Of a DNA stretch of 64,000 bases, positions 26,860 to 41,210 are shown one piece after another. The notes under the pieces were generated by a model, which saw nothing but the letters and a program-made list of their open reading frames with translations, did not search any database and had not been told where the DNA came from. Position 1 is the stretch's first letter; each line of letters begins with the position of its first letter. The stretch comes from Octopus sinensis (Eukaryota). Position numbers and translations under genes: made by a program. The DNA is taken from assembly GCF_006345805.1 (NCBI RefSeq), contig NC_043008.1, forward strand, positions 40,548,001 to 40,612,000, in the 5' to 3' direction.

Positions 26860-27430
26860 GCGAGCAAGCAGAAACGTTAGTACATCAGGCGAAATGCTTT
26901 GTGGTATTTAGCCCGCCGATACGTTCTGAGTTCAAATTCCGCCGAGGTCGACTTTGCCTTTCATCCTTTCGGGGTCGATTAAATAAGTACCAGTTACGCA
27001 CTGGGATATATGTATAATCGACTTAATCCGTTTGTCTCTCCTTGTTAGTCCCCTCTGTGTTTAGCCCCCTGTGAGTAGTAAAGAAATAAGTATTTCGTAT
27101 GCCGCTACGTTGTGAGTTCAAATTCAGCCGAGGTCAACTTTGCCTTTCATCCATTCGGGGTCGATTAAATAAGTACCAGTTACGCACTGGCGTATATATA
27201 ATCTAATTAATCTGTTTGTCTCTCCTTATTCGTCCCCTCTGTGTTTAACCCCTTGTTGGTAGTAAAGAAATAGGTGTTTCGTCGGCCGCTACGTTCTGAG
27301 TTCAAATTCCGCCGAAGTCAACTTTGCCTTTAATCCTTTTGGGATAGATAAACTAAGCACCACTTGCGTACTGGGGCCGATCTAGTCGACTGGCCCTCTC
27401 CCACAAAATTTCCGGCCTTGTTCCTCGAGC
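26860..27430 (+). mobile_element. Tandem head-to-tail array of three family B SINE cores (~183-188-bp period)
   Basis: Units start near 26902, 27090 and 27273, each with tacgtt(c/g)tgagttcaaattc.gccga.gtc.actttgccttt; one tRNA head at ~26860 and one 3' tail at ~27380-27430. Confidence 0.85.
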
Positions 27431-28047
27431 AGAAAAGGATACTTACTCTTTTGCTTTCAAATCAAATTTTGTACATTTGTTTATCATATCGTTTAGTCTT
27501 AGCAACTATAAGTCTTTTGCCTATAGTAGGAAATATTATTATTAATACATTTTAGCACAACGTTCACTATAGTTAAATTTACGTATTGCCTCCTATTACG
27601 AAGAGCAGTCTTCTATTGCCTTAATGTCATATTCTTACTGTATTGTTAACTTGATCTAGGAATTCGTGGCAATTGTTTCTTTCCGAAGTAATGCAAAAGT
27701 TGTCACTGCTCTCAGTTTTATCTTTATGTATCCCAACTAAGCAACTGGTGAGGATCTTTGATTCTAAACTATGTCTGTAATTTACATTGACGTGTTACAA
27801 ATCCATACCTGTATTTGTATTAATTTGCGTAGTTACTAATTATTGTGAAATATATTGTCGATATCTTAGTTAAATGAAAAGAACGTTATGCTTAATGAGC
27901 ATTACTGAGAAGTTCACGCTCTATCACCTTTTATATTTATCTTCTCACCTAACTGTGTTGTGAAATCACGAAAGGCGTAGAATATTCCTTCTATTTTGTT
28001 GTCGGCTTGTGTCATGTCGCTACATGTAATGTCTTTTGTTATCACAG

Positions 28048-28137
28048 GAGGAAGAGGATGATCATTCATGTTACTTTGGTCCTCTGGGACTGGCAAATAA
28101 AAGTTGGTTTGAATTCAAAGGATCAAAGAAATTCTAG
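28048..28137 (+). CDS. Possible terminal coding exon (EEEDDHSCYFGPLGLANKSWFEFKGSKKF*), unidentified
   Basis: Acceptor gtcttttgttatcacAG at 28046-47, 29 open codons to TAG, AATAAA at 28175-28180. No upstream partner exon found and no family recognised. Confidence 0.3.
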   Translation, partial: EEEDDHSCYFGPLGLANKSWFEFKGSKKF

Positions 28138-28698
28138 ATCAGAAAAGGCCTGGAGCCACCGTTATTCGTAATGAAATAAACCTCTCTACGCAAGATAAGA
28201 TCGAGTTGACTTGAGATCAGTTCCCACTGTGTTACTGATGTAAATATAATTGACCTGGAGTAAATAGTTAGTGGTGTACAACATAATTTACTAATGCGTA
28301 ATCCGACGTTTTCACTAACTTTAATTCAGTTCTCTGGCCCTTCGATGAGATCTTTGCAAACTACTTGCAAACGAAGGAAATGATGATCACTAAGTTGCCC
28401 TAAAGCTTGTAATGATATACTTTTAGGCGTCGTAAATGTATGCCACCTTTCCGGATTTCTTTAGATGCATTGTCAAGGGCATGATAAGTAAAAAGGAGGA
28501 GCATGATGAATAAACAACCACAAAACATTTAATACATGAGGATCAATCATGTTAACATTAATAGCTAATAGGTTCTCATGTGAAATTTTCTTTGAAGTAT
28601 AAATGGAAAGAATTCGTACTATGAGGCCTAACAAAATTTTCGCCACAATTTTCATACATTTATCTATACATATTCACACATACAGACATACGCAGACA

Positions 28699-28749
<51 letters not shown>

Positions 28750-28774
28750 ACACAAACACACAGACACATAGGTC

Positions 28775-28935
28775 CAGGCGTGGCTGTGTGGTAATATGCT
28801 TGCTTCCCAACCATATGATTCCGGGTTCAGTCCCACTGCGTAGCAACTTGGGCGAGTGAATCTACTATAGTATCGGGCCGACCAAAGCCTTGCGAGTGGA
28901 TTTGGTGGAGGGAAATTGTTAGGAGTCCGCCGTAT
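28775..28935 (+). mobile_element. Family A SINE, 5' part
   Basis: ggcgtggctgtgtggtaatatgcttgcttcccaacc...ccgggttcagtcccactgcg...ggccgaccaaagccttgcgagtggatttgg. Confidence 0.85.
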
Positions 28936-31075
28936 ATATACATATATAAATACATACACAGACACGCATGTATATGTATCTGTATATGTGTGTGTGTGCA
29001 CGCGCGCTGTGCGTGTGTCATATGTGCGTGTATTTGCGTGATGTTCCATCGCTAAATGTTTATAGTCGAAGTCGTTGACTGGAGGACTATTTTATGCAAG
29101 CTATAGACTTTGCATGAAAAATCCCACAAGTTATAAAATATGTAGCAAAACACTAACACAATGTCATACTCTGATTGTGTGGCAATAACGAAATGAGGAA
29201 GTAAATCCCTGTTTAGTTTTGGTATATATTCAATGATTGGAATTTAGACCATTTCGTGTTTCATCTTTAACTGACATCATGATCCAAATTACCAACATTA
29301 GGAATAGTTCCCTATGTTTTTCGTGTAACACAGTGAGTAACAGTATATATTCTTCCATATTTTTACTGTATAAAATTCCATATCTACTGCTTTAAAATGT
29401 AAGTTTTACAGTTAACTTAGTTCTTTCAGCACGCTTATTCTAGTCTGCTATTAGTTATAATTATTTAATCGTATCGTCAACAAACTCACATTATGCAAAC
29501 TTTTAAAATAATGACGTATAATTTGTACTCAATTTATACATGCATCTTCTAAAAGTGTTGACACTGCTTTAGAAGTCATTCGAATATTTTTGTTGACCTT
29601 GAGGCAATGTTATCCGGGTAGAAACGTGGTTGATTATATTCTACCTACGATAAAATCCTGTCTTTTGGGATTACACTTACTTTTTATATGACATTTCTTT
29701 GAGTTCTGTTTGTAAATCACGCCGATGATAACATTATTGTTTATTCTTCTCAGTTGCTAGCTGAATTAATTGTAAGCTACCCTCGTACCTTTTCCTTCTA
29801 CACTCATTCACAGGAGTTTCACCGTTGTATCAAATGTAGAAGCCATTCGTTTTCTTAATGTTTTTCCGAAATATGAGGAGATATTTGAAGACTTATAATC
29901 AACTTAAAAAAATAAATAAATGTATAAAATGAAGCAAAAAAAAAATGTAGTCGATTAATATGGAGATAGTATGACAAGATAACAATTACTAAACGTTGTT
30001 TCTGTAATTAAATCTGTCAGAAAATTGTTAGCAATAATACTGTAATTAATTAGCCAAACAATCTAAGCGGATGAAACACAAAAAAACAAATGTAACACAT
30101 GTTCACACATATCCTGAATGATTTACACAAATACACGCCAACACAAGGAAGATAAAATCACCTATAGACACACAAGCGTGCAGATACAAACACATACCAC
30201 AGACACATAATCGTGTACGTATTTAATAACAGTGTAATCATTCAGGTAGCGGAAAGATTGCAAAATACCCACGCTTTTCATTGCTGAATGCGCATATTAA
30301 TTTATTGTTTTGTGTCATGTATTTGCATAAAGATATTTGAGCACAACTTAAAACAGCATGTTATCGTCTATATTTCCTATAAAGCGTTGATAAATCTGAC
30401 TTGGGAGTTATAATCTATTAGTTTACGCTTTTATGACCTTCCTGCTTCTGTTCAGTAGTTTCTTCGTAATGCCAGGCCAATTGTATTTTATTTCTTAGAT
30501 ATACTTAGATGAACTTGTCTGTTTTAGTTATTAGTCATCTTAAATTGTTGTTTGTTTTTTAATTGGTGTTCTTCATACAGCATTATCAACGCTCCTTCTG
30601 AACAACTATAGATTTATCTTCTTTTTTGATATTTCTTCTCCGTCTTCAGTATATTTTTTTTATCTTGATTCTTATTTGTTTCAATATTATCCTGTTTAAT
30701 TACCGATTACTTCATCCATCTATTGACTATTTTTCTCCTTCCATTTCCTCTTTCTTATATTTCTCCGTCTGTTGTCTTTTCTTTTTCTTGAGGTAACATA
30801 CCAGCGTAGCGTAAGCTGTGATGGTTAAAGCAAATTACGAACTACGATTAGAACTACTACTACAAGAAATATTATTGTTTTCTGAGTTTCTCAAATATTT
30901 TTTATTGTTCTGTAAATGTGGATGGATTCAAGATAATGATGTAATACTCGTGTTTCGATATTATTTTAAATTATTATTCATCGCATTGTGAGTGAGAAGA
31001 AAGATATGAATACACTTTCCTTTGTTTCGGCCGCCGCAAGAGGTTGATTTTGAATTTTTCTTTAGAAAATTTATA

Positions 31076-31482
31076 GGCGCAGGAGTGGCTGTGTGGTAAG
31101 TAGCTTGCCTACCAACCACATGGTTCTGGGTTCAGTCCCACTGCGTGGCATCTTGGGCAAGTGTCTTCTGCTATAGCCTCGGGCCGACCAATGCCAATGC
31201 CAATGGTAGACGGAAACTGAAAGAAGCCTGTCGTATATATGTATATATATGTATTTATGTGTATGTATATGTTTGTGTGTCTGTGTTTGTCCCTCTAGCG
31301 TTGCTTGACAACCGATGCTGGTGTGTTTACGTCCCCGTCACTTAGCGGTTCGGCAAAAGAGACCGATAGAATAAGTACTGGGCTTACAAAGAATAAGTCC
31401 CGGGGTCGATTTGCTCGACTAAAGGCGGTGCTCCAGCAAGGCCGCAGTCAAATGACTGAAACAAGTAAAAGAGTAAAAGAGT
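31076..31482 (+). mobile_element. Full-length, little-diverged family A tRNA-derived SINE
   Basis: ggcgcaggagtggctgtgtggtaag (A box), gggttcagtccc (B-box-like), internal (TA/TG)n, aataagtactgggcttac, 3' aatgactgaaacaagtaaaagagtaaaagag. Confidence 0.9.
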
Positions 31483-33654
31483 ATAGCGTTTTATGAGAAA
31501 GGAGGATGCGATGGGCCAATACGAGCCGAATTCAACATGGTGGTAGACCACTTTGGCTGAGAAGATAGATGAAGGGATAAATAAAAACAGCATATTTGTC
31601 ACAAAAACACGCACATACAACTTTGAGCACGCACATACGACGTCATAAGGCTTGTCAGTGATGAACGTAACTGCGAACCCGATGTCACCGATATCAGAAT
31701 TTTACAATTCCACTAACGAGCAAAGATGAGGTGCTACGAAAAATTGAAAAAAATATTAAAGCAGCAAAAGCGACACTGTCAACCGCTCCACTAATGTGGC
31801 AACGAACACGGCAGACACGATACTTCCATCCATCAGAGGAACCACAACGAAATTACAACCACATAAGCTGTAAGCATCGATAGGAATAGAGAATTTTAAT
31901 AATACGTCCAAGAATATGAATTAGAAAAAAAAGCAACATGAAGTTGAGAACATTTTTCTTAACAAAAGGGCAAGTAAATTAGGGTTTGAAATCTCATAAC
32001 CTAAGGGTTGTCAAATAGGGAAACCTCTTCTACAACATTTGAGTAAAAGCAAATCACCAATAACATCGAAACAAACAGCGTCACTCACTTTATTGTTTGA
32101 TATTTGCATTAGAATATTTAGAAAATAGAAATGCCGGTAATTTATTTGCCACACACATGTATTGCATGTTTCTATATTATTCTCGCTGTATTTCTTTAAT
32201 AAATTATCTGAGTTCTATTATTTTACGGTAGTTTTCTGTGTGATTATACATGTAACAGCTTTACTTTTAGTGTATTAGTGTACTTACGTGGTTTGTGAAT
32301 ATTATTTTGGATTCATTGTTTGTTGTCCAAAAGAGCAATTTGCCGACGGCGTTCCGTTGCTAATGATTTTTGGTTAACATTATGTCATGACATCATGACA
32401 TGACTGAGACTGAGACAAGAAAATATTATAGGAGGTTTATATTTTAAACCAAACGACTAAACATTAAAACAAATCCCATATTCACAACGTGCGTCGTATC
32501 CCATAAACTGTAGCGATCAACGTCACACACCATACAATTTCGATTTAATGTGTCCATCCACCACAGCATTAAAACTCGAATGCACGTAATCGTTGTGGTT
32601 GTAAATACTCTAATATTAAATTTTTCACTTGCATGCTTTATCAAATTATACTGAATTATTATCTGCAGCATATTCTTCTGATCAAGTCTGGAAGAAGTGT
32701 TCTAAATATGAACAAAATGTACTTACTGCGCAGTAAAATATTTTTAACACCATTTTTAAACGCAGCTTAATATCTGTAAGATAAACAAAATGTAAATATT
32801 ACATGAAATATATAAATAAATCACATGTTAGTGGGTAAGTTATTCGGAAAATTAATTTTATGTAAAATAAGAATGAACCACCTCCAAAACTTGTGTTGTT
32901 AAGTTCATGCGTGGGAATATCAGGAATTTGTGTACGATGCATAGAAGAAAAGCAATGAAACTATTTTAGTATAATGATTAAATTCTTATAATCTAATAAA
33001 TACACAGAAGAATAGTAGAGAATTTTTAAAGTTTGCAATCGAATGAATATATTTTGTTATTAATGTGTCTGATCAAATAATTTTTACACGCAAATAGGTT
33101 ATTTTACTCAACAAATTTATGTCGGTTCAGGTAATGCCAGGAAAAAGCATAAAAAAAAGTAAAAATTAGAAATTGTATTTCAAACGAGACACAACAAAAC
33201 AACAGGGAAGCAGATAACTTGAATCGTATTTTTATCCAATCTCATAACAACATTATGGCGAAGTTGTCGACATTTTGTAGAGGATAAAAGGAGATTAAAA
33301 GACGTAAACAAGTGAATCATGTTATTTTCACCTCTCCTATTTCAAAGCGTCTGGCCTATGGTGCGTGCGATCCTGAATAGGTCTGAATATATCTTTAGGA
33401 TATATTTATTTATGTGTGGCGGTTACAGCGAAGATAAGATACATTGTGCTATACTTTTGACTTGGACGGAAAGGAAACAAAACTTGTACATAGTTGCAGA
33501 CAAGAAACTTGATATTTAGATATTCAATGACTTTTATCTTGATCGCTTCGTCTTCTCATTAAGAGTATAATGTAAATGAATACATATATGTAAGATATAT
33601 ATACGCATTTACATATACACACATGCACACATATATCAAGTCAACTACCTATAT

Positions 33655-33712
<58 letters not shown>

Positions 33713-33921
33713 ACACACACCTATAAATACGTGTGTGTGTGTGTGTATGTGTATGTATGTATACACATACACAAAAATACACATACACACTCACACACGT
33801 TTTTATTGGCTGTTGTGAGAAAATAAGAATTCTCATGTAGGAAATGTGAGAAACGTGACGTCAAGTATTTCGAAAATTAGAAATATTTATCGATGTAAGA
33901 TCACTGAATTTAAATGTCATC

Positions 33922-34145
33922 CAGTAATACCTCACTATATCGCGGTTGACCTATCGCGGCCTATTCGTCAAGCTTACATCGATTCCTCCGTAGTGTTGTT
34001 TTTCATTTATAATAAAATAAATATACACCAATTATAGAAATAATTTTAAAATGTACAACACAATACTGTTTCTTCTTCGCGGAATTTCACCTATCACGGG
34101 GGTGTAGAGTGGACCGTAACGTCCGCGATAATCGAGGGATTACAG
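33922..34145. mobile_element. pogo/Tigger-like MITE (~224 bp)
   Basis: Degenerate TIRs CAGTAATACCTCACTATATCGCGG and CCGCGATAATCGAGGGATTACAG; TA TSD not preserved. Confidence 0.6.
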
Positions 34146-35139
34146 CAATTCAATATTGTGATATAGGACGTCACAGCGTTGCACCTACTGATCCCTTCGT
34201 GAGAGTCTATGTTGATTATAAGCGCCATATTAATTCTACTGATAAATGCAGCAAATATATGTTGGCATTTATAATAACGTGCATTAGACAGTTTGAATAT
34301 TTTTACACCAAGGTTATGGATTATAACTTGTAGTTTTAATTACTCAATAGGAATTGCACATTTCGTGGTATAGAAACTACATATCATCTTAGGAAGTTCA
34401 GACAGTATATAAGCCACCTGCGGTGTTCTGCCGTCATGGATACTGAAAATATGGCTAAAGGATAAGCAGAAACAGCTTTACTTCATTCCATATCTATAAA
34501 TATAATTTCATCATGTTTGTTTACCAGGTCAGAATGATATTACACCAAGTGGAGGTGTTCAAATGAGACTCAAACATAGCCTTTGTTTTCTGTATACAAA
34601 GCGTTTAAACACATTGAAAGCTTTAGTAGAATATTTCATGGAAGCAAAAACATAATATTAACAATTGTAATCTAGACATTATGACGTGGACTTATCTATG
34701 TAAAATAAGGTCACTCAACACATATGCTTACAACTGTAAGCATCTTCTCTTTCGTATGTGTTTTAGAGACAGTAGCAATACATTATTTGCATATGTATGA
34801 AAAATATTTAAGTGGTTACTCTACTGAAGTTCCTCATTTCATATGCCTGTTTGAGCCTTTTGTTCCCTAAACATTATTCCATAGTTTCACTGTAATTATC
34901 CTTGGTTCTTTGCAATTAATGCACAGGCATTTCCCTCCCCGCAAGCGCTTCTTATACATGCCTGTTAACATATATCGTCAATGAAGACATTAACCAAGTC
35001 AAAGTAGTTCTAGAGATCTGATTTATTTACGATTTCTAGATATTTCTGAATCAACTCTCAAGCTCAATTCATTCTTTATAAACCGCAGCAGTAAATGCAA
35101 CAGTCAGCACCTCCATTCACTGTAATGCGTTGTTTTAGG

Positions 35140-35275
35140 AGGTGGAGTTGCGGAATCGTTTACACGCCTGGCAAAGACCTTAGAGGCATTTCGTCTGTTG
35201 TTACGTTCTGGGGTAAAATGTCACCGAGGTGGACTTTGATTTTCCTCATTTCGTGGGTCTATAAAATAACTTTAT
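35140..35275 (+). mobile_element. Degenerate family B SINE
   Basis: gcggaatcgtttacacgcctggcaaag...ggcatttcgtctg...ttacgttctgg...ccgaggtggactttg. Confidence 0.55.
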
Positions 35276-37192
35276 CTCTAGCGATCGAGCACCCATCCAA
35301 GGAAAGTCGAAATCACGTGACCTGGTGTTGTTAGAGTTAGAGTTGGAGGGGATTTGTCTCACCGCTAACAATATAATTGAGCGTTCATTTTGAACCAAGA
35401 ACCTATATGAGTGTTTCTTTCATGGTATCTACCACTGCAAGTTTGTTCTTAGAGAGAATAAATACTATCTCTCTATAAAATAAATACTACTTGAACACCG
35501 AGATCAATGTAATCGACTTACTCATGCCCCAAATTGCCGGTCTTGCGCCAAAATTAAAAATCTTGTTTGATTTTCCATTTCCGTCATGATCGCCTTTAAT
35601 AAGTATGTGATAAAATATGGCGATAATGTTCATACTTGGAAAAGAAACAAAAGTAACGCATAAAATTAATTCAGTCAGAATTTTCAGCAACGATACGATC
35701 TACCCATGGAATTAGAACAAAGCAAAGTGAAGCTCTTGAAATTCAACGTTCTTTAAAGAAAACACTCGACAAATGGATACAGAATTGCTTCTTGACAATT
35801 GGTTAGGATTACAAAATCAATCGAACTCAGAATTAGTCTTAGCATCGGTGTGTCATCATCATAATTAGATTACGTAGCTCATACGCAAATACATTTATAC
35901 GCACATCCAAACATAGCAATGCAAAGCTTCTCAGCTATATTTGCGAGGTTCCGTGGTGTAGCGCACGGCTCCTGGCGAGCCATACACAAGAGAGTGATAA
36001 AGAAACCATAAATGCAATTTTATTGATTTTTATTTCCACACAGAATCTACTTGTCTGTCAATGTAATCTTGTTGCAAATGTTATCGGTGTATATTTGACG
36101 AGCAATATTAATTCTCTTCTGAGTGATATCATTTCTATACCTTACTCCAGTGATTCGAGTTGGCAGCTACTTTTATCTCATTAACAGAGAAAACATCGGG
36201 CCATTGCTATTAACTCTTCAAAGATAACGACATATTTTTGGCATGGGTTTTTCGCTTAACTTTATACTGTATCAAGTGATCAATATTGAATCAAGTAAAG
36301 CAATCAAATATTTGATGTTATTGAGACGCATAATGTCTAAAATTTTGGAAAATGCTGAGCCTTCTCTACAGTACTGGATTTAACGTATACGACATTTTGT
36401 ATTAAAATTTGACCGATGACGCCTCCGAATTTCAATCCTAATCGATTTAGGTATTTGTTGATATCAGATTTGTGAACTAATAACCAATAATGGCGTAACG
36501 TCTTACTACATCGTGTTAAGTAATTTTATACGTATAAAATAGGAAATTTATTCGTAAACTATCATAGACAGGTTCGATTCTTCACGCAGAGAAATTATCG
36601 TATGTAGCAGGAGGGGAAAACTAAAATCTACTAGAGATGTACTAGGGGATTTAATCAGTGACACATACGTGAAGTAATCTGAGAATGGTTTAAATCTGAA
36701 TAATATCTCTCGTCTAAACAGGGCAAGCGTAAATCTTTATATGCAGATGTTCATCTTTCAGGAAGAAATTCTGCAATAGTTGCAAGAATATGCGTTGAGA
36801 AGTTTTATTTTGATGCTTATCTCTTGAAATGTGTTATCCAGTGAGTAATAATATATATTCAGTTGTCTTTCATATTAGATTCTTTTCTTACAATGCATCT
36901 ATGAAATTCAATTTGAACATGCCCTTCAAAGAATACGACAATTATTCTCACGTTAATTTTTGAAAATTATGTGTTAAAGGATGTCAAATTTGTTCTCAAT
37001 CCGTAATGTAATTTACATTTCAGCCCCACCTTTTTTCAAGAAATATGTGGTATCATAAATTTTGAATGTATTCTTTTCAAAATACATTTGGGTTTCTTGT
37101 ATTCATGTATTCATGGAGAAATAGTGTCTGAAGTGAAATTATTATACACATCTGTCAATATATACCTACACACACACACACACACATGTACG

Positions 37193-37238
<46 letters not shown>

Positions 37239-38288
37239 GATTACATTTATACATACATACATATATATAATTTCCGATATGAAAGAAGCCTACAGCACAC
37301 TTTATTTATCAGTCTTGTTACTTCAACGCCATTCGAATCTATCCTATTTCCTTTCTCAAGATATTTTCCATTATCGGGTTAACTAAAGTAAACTAAACAT
37401 AAACCAGTAGACACCTTCGAGCAGCAATCATTTTAAAATTGATTTCCCTAAGAGACTTTGTAAGGTGCTATAATTTCTACCATTTATTTTTACTTATATA
37501 TTTTCCTTAGCTTCTTGGAAACAGTTTCTATTTTTAATTCTGTTATTGCAAAACTTCTTCGGCTACATTTTAGAAACTTCTCTATTCTAAACGATAAAAT
37601 ATATCAAATACTACTTTGTATACTCCAAGATCAATGGTAATAATATAATTGAGTTATTGTTGGTTTTCAACTATCCAAATAAGATTCGTTTTTCAATGCT
37701 AGTTATAAATGCTTTATTTTCTTTACCATGGAAACATGGAAACAATGCGAACATCTTTAATATATTTACTCTACCCCCTATTAAGTAGAATATCAATTTG
37801 GTGCATTTTATTACACTTAAGAAAGCTAATAAATATGGTAGCCGTAGACAATCATTCTTTCAAGCATACATATTTATATGCATATGTTTCGGGTGTGTGT
37901 ATTCGCATTTATTTGTATAATTATGTTTATATTTGTGTTCCCCTACAATACTTTTATGAGTGAGCATATCTTTGTTTAGTTCAATATAGAAAAACAATAT
38001 GAATAAATATTAATATATAAATTTAATAAGAAGCAATTTAGATGTAATAATATGAAATGGTTAGAAAATAAATAATTCAAGACGAAAGATAAATTCATAA
38101 CTTTAATCACCAGCATTTCCTTATAGATATTTCTGTATGATTGTTGCACACCTGGAATGTGTGTAGTTGTATGTTGTATTTAATGCAAACGGAAGAAAGC
38201 TCTTTAAACCGAGAACACTTATGAAGTTTTACCCCGAAAACAAGGTTGAGATAAAGTCATTAATAGGCCTTCAAAAACAAAAAAAAAA

Positions 38289-38440
38289 TTCATGAATACA
38301 TTTTGAAATCTTTATGAATACATTTTAATCCCCCAAAATATTCATGAATATATTTCAACACCCAAAACCTTCATGAATAATTGTAACCCTAACAGTCTTA
38401 CTGGATACATTGTAACTCAAAAAATCTTCATGAATAAATT
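38289..38440. repeat. Degenerate minisatellite with ttcatgaata core (~5 copies)
   Basis: (t/c)atgaata(c/t/a)att recurs at irregular ~20-50-bp spacing. Confidence 0.55.
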
Positions 38441-38776
38441 CTCATCCCATTGTTTACAATCGTTTTCACTGGGCACCGAAAATATACAATCGGTGCTTCG
38501 GTTAAAATAAAATAAAAAGATGATAATGCGTTCTATAATATTTAAATTAACATACAGTGTTAGTATTACCTGATGACGATGGCAAGTTAAAAGTCTACCA
38601 CCATATCGTCCTCTATTCATTTCCATCTCCTTACATAATTTCTACAATATATTCTCTGACTACGGTCTGTTATATTATTTGATAAAACATCCTCCCAGTA
38701 AGTCCTGTGTTCATTTAAAGTATGGTATTCTCCAGTAGCCTATATGTTTGTATATCTAATTTAGAAACCATGTATC

Positions 38777-38952
<176 letters not shown>

Positions 38953-39677
38953 TTTATTCATGGTCTTATTTTAATAAACGTTACAAATAAACAGTGCTTG
39001 TATGAGTAGTATTTGTATGAATAGTATTTTTACGACGTACAGAAAACTTTATGTATGAGAATGGATATCGATGTGTATGAGTCCATTTTAAAATGTAATT
39101 TTGGAGAATTAAAGAATCCAACTTACCTCATCTCAGCTGACTCATTTTACCTGAGCTAAATCTGTCTTTTATAAACTCAAATAGGACGGTGATAATTTTC
39201 TGAATCGTATAATTTTATTTTTTTCAATGTAATTAGAGAAGGCCAATTTATTAAAATTTGTAGTCTTTTAAGTTTGTGAATATTTATAAAATTTCTTTCT
39301 TAAAGTCAAAAGCTACTCATTGTCAACACCACACGTATTGTCCATTTTAAAACCAAATTTCTCCTCACGTTTCATATTTATGCTTCCCTTTTCCCGTTTG
39401 GAGAAAGTGTTTGTTTTTCTTCCACCAAAAGGCACCAATATTTTGAAAATGAATAATGTCTTGTCCAATCATTCCTATTCGCTAAGTTGCTAAACAATAA
39501 TGACTAAACTGCTTATAGATGCCCATGTACTTTTCCAAATATTCAAAGGTTCCTTATGACCGGTTACGGGAAACTCCGAGTAAACTCTGTAAAATATTTC
39601 AGCCCCCAAATTTTCACACATATAATCATATATATATATGTGTGTGTGATTGTGTGTGTGTGTGTGTATGTGTGTGC

Positions 39678-39724
<47 letters not shown>

Positions 39725-39954
39725 TGTGTGTGTATATAGGGAGCGAGAGAGAGAGGGAGAGACGCACACACAGAGCACACACACACAGAGCACACACACA
39801 GAGCACACACACATATACGACAAAATAAAATTAGTCAGCAGGGCTCAGTGTAAATTACAGGAACACAGTACGTTTCTTCTATTCACTACAGTATGTCACT
39901 CGTATGTAGCTGCATATGTGACTTTGTATGTATACATACATACATACATACAAA

Positions 39955-40151
<197 letters not shown>

Positions 40152-40595
40152 CCACTGTCTTCTTCCTATTCCACACAGTGTTTTATATAAAATCTTTGAA
40201 GGAACTATGTCTGGAAGTATCTTGAAAATTCCTGAAGCTGTAGGTCATGTTATCGTTTTCTTTTTAATGAAGCTATTGTGATATCCTCTGCCTATTTTTA
40301 AATATAATTGTTATCAAATTGGTAGCAATATTAGTGAGAGTGAGAAAGAGAGTGTGACAGAGACAGAGGTTAAAAGGCGGTAGCTGACAGTATCTTTAGC
40401 AGAGCCATAAAATGATTGGTAGCAGGTTTAAATTCTGTTCAGGACGATCTTTCGGTTGACAAACTGGATATAGTTTGAATAGTGTGTACAATGGAATTAC
40501 TTGAGTCGTACCAAAATTTGAAATATTATTAGAGATTCAATCTGTACTGAATGTACATATATACATATATACATAATTATACATTTGTATGTGTT

Positions 40596-40648
<53 letters not shown>

Positions 40649-41034
40649 GGCAAGGAAAATTTATAAAAAGCAGAATGCTAAATTGAAGGTAAAGTTTAGT
40701 AAAAATGGGTGTATGAAAAAATACATATTAATTTTTAAATTTAAAAAATTTTTCAATACACCCATTTTCATTAAAATTTACCTCCAATGTAGCATTCTGC
40801 CTTTTTATAAGTTTTCCTTGCCTATCATTTCTTCACGTGCGGTCAACACAACCCCACGATTTATTGATTTATATACATATATATATATATATTATATATA
40901 TATATATATACATATATATATCAAATGTATATAGAATTTTTCGAAAAAAATTCTATCAATGGCCAGCATATTAAAAAATACCGTTAAAGGTATTTGTTAA
41001 CCATATATATATATATATATATATGATAGATCGT

Positions 41035-41210
41035 TAGCCAATACACACATATGTTTTTCTCTCCTTTTTTTTCTGTATACCTTTCTGTAGAAGAGCTTAA
41101 GCTCGAAACGTAAAGGACGTTTTCTATTCCTGAGCGCTATAATAATACATCTCTTTGTTTTGTACACCACCCGACTTCGTCATTTGTTTTTTTTCGTAAA
41201 CTTTCCCTCT
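41035..41210 (+). mobile_element. ~175-bp hammerhead-bearing non-autonomous element (homolog of 59701-59872)
   Basis: Collinear with 59701-59872 from tagcca.tacacacat to ttttcgtaaa; flanked by TA-rich microsatellite; HHR-like motif at 41080-41116. Confidence 0.7.
41080..41116 (+). ncRNA. Minimal type I hammerhead-like motif with variant core (CUGUAGA)
   Basis: CCUUU-CUGUAGA-A-GAGC-UUAA-GCUC-GAAA-CGU-AAAGG: stem II GAGC/GCUC, palindromic ACGU, stem I CCUUU/AAAGG. U at position 6; one nt shorter at the cleavage site than the 59746 copy. Confidence 0.5.

Noticed and set aside
26902-27430. CRISPR-like or ribozyme interpretation of the ~185-bp tandem units
   Set aside because: Units are SINE-derived with no unique spacers and no hammerhead core on either strand.
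35945-35985. tRNA-like 5' start ggttccgtggtgtagcg with two GC hairpins
   Set aside because: No T-arm/B box or acceptor-stem closure; not a tRNA gene.
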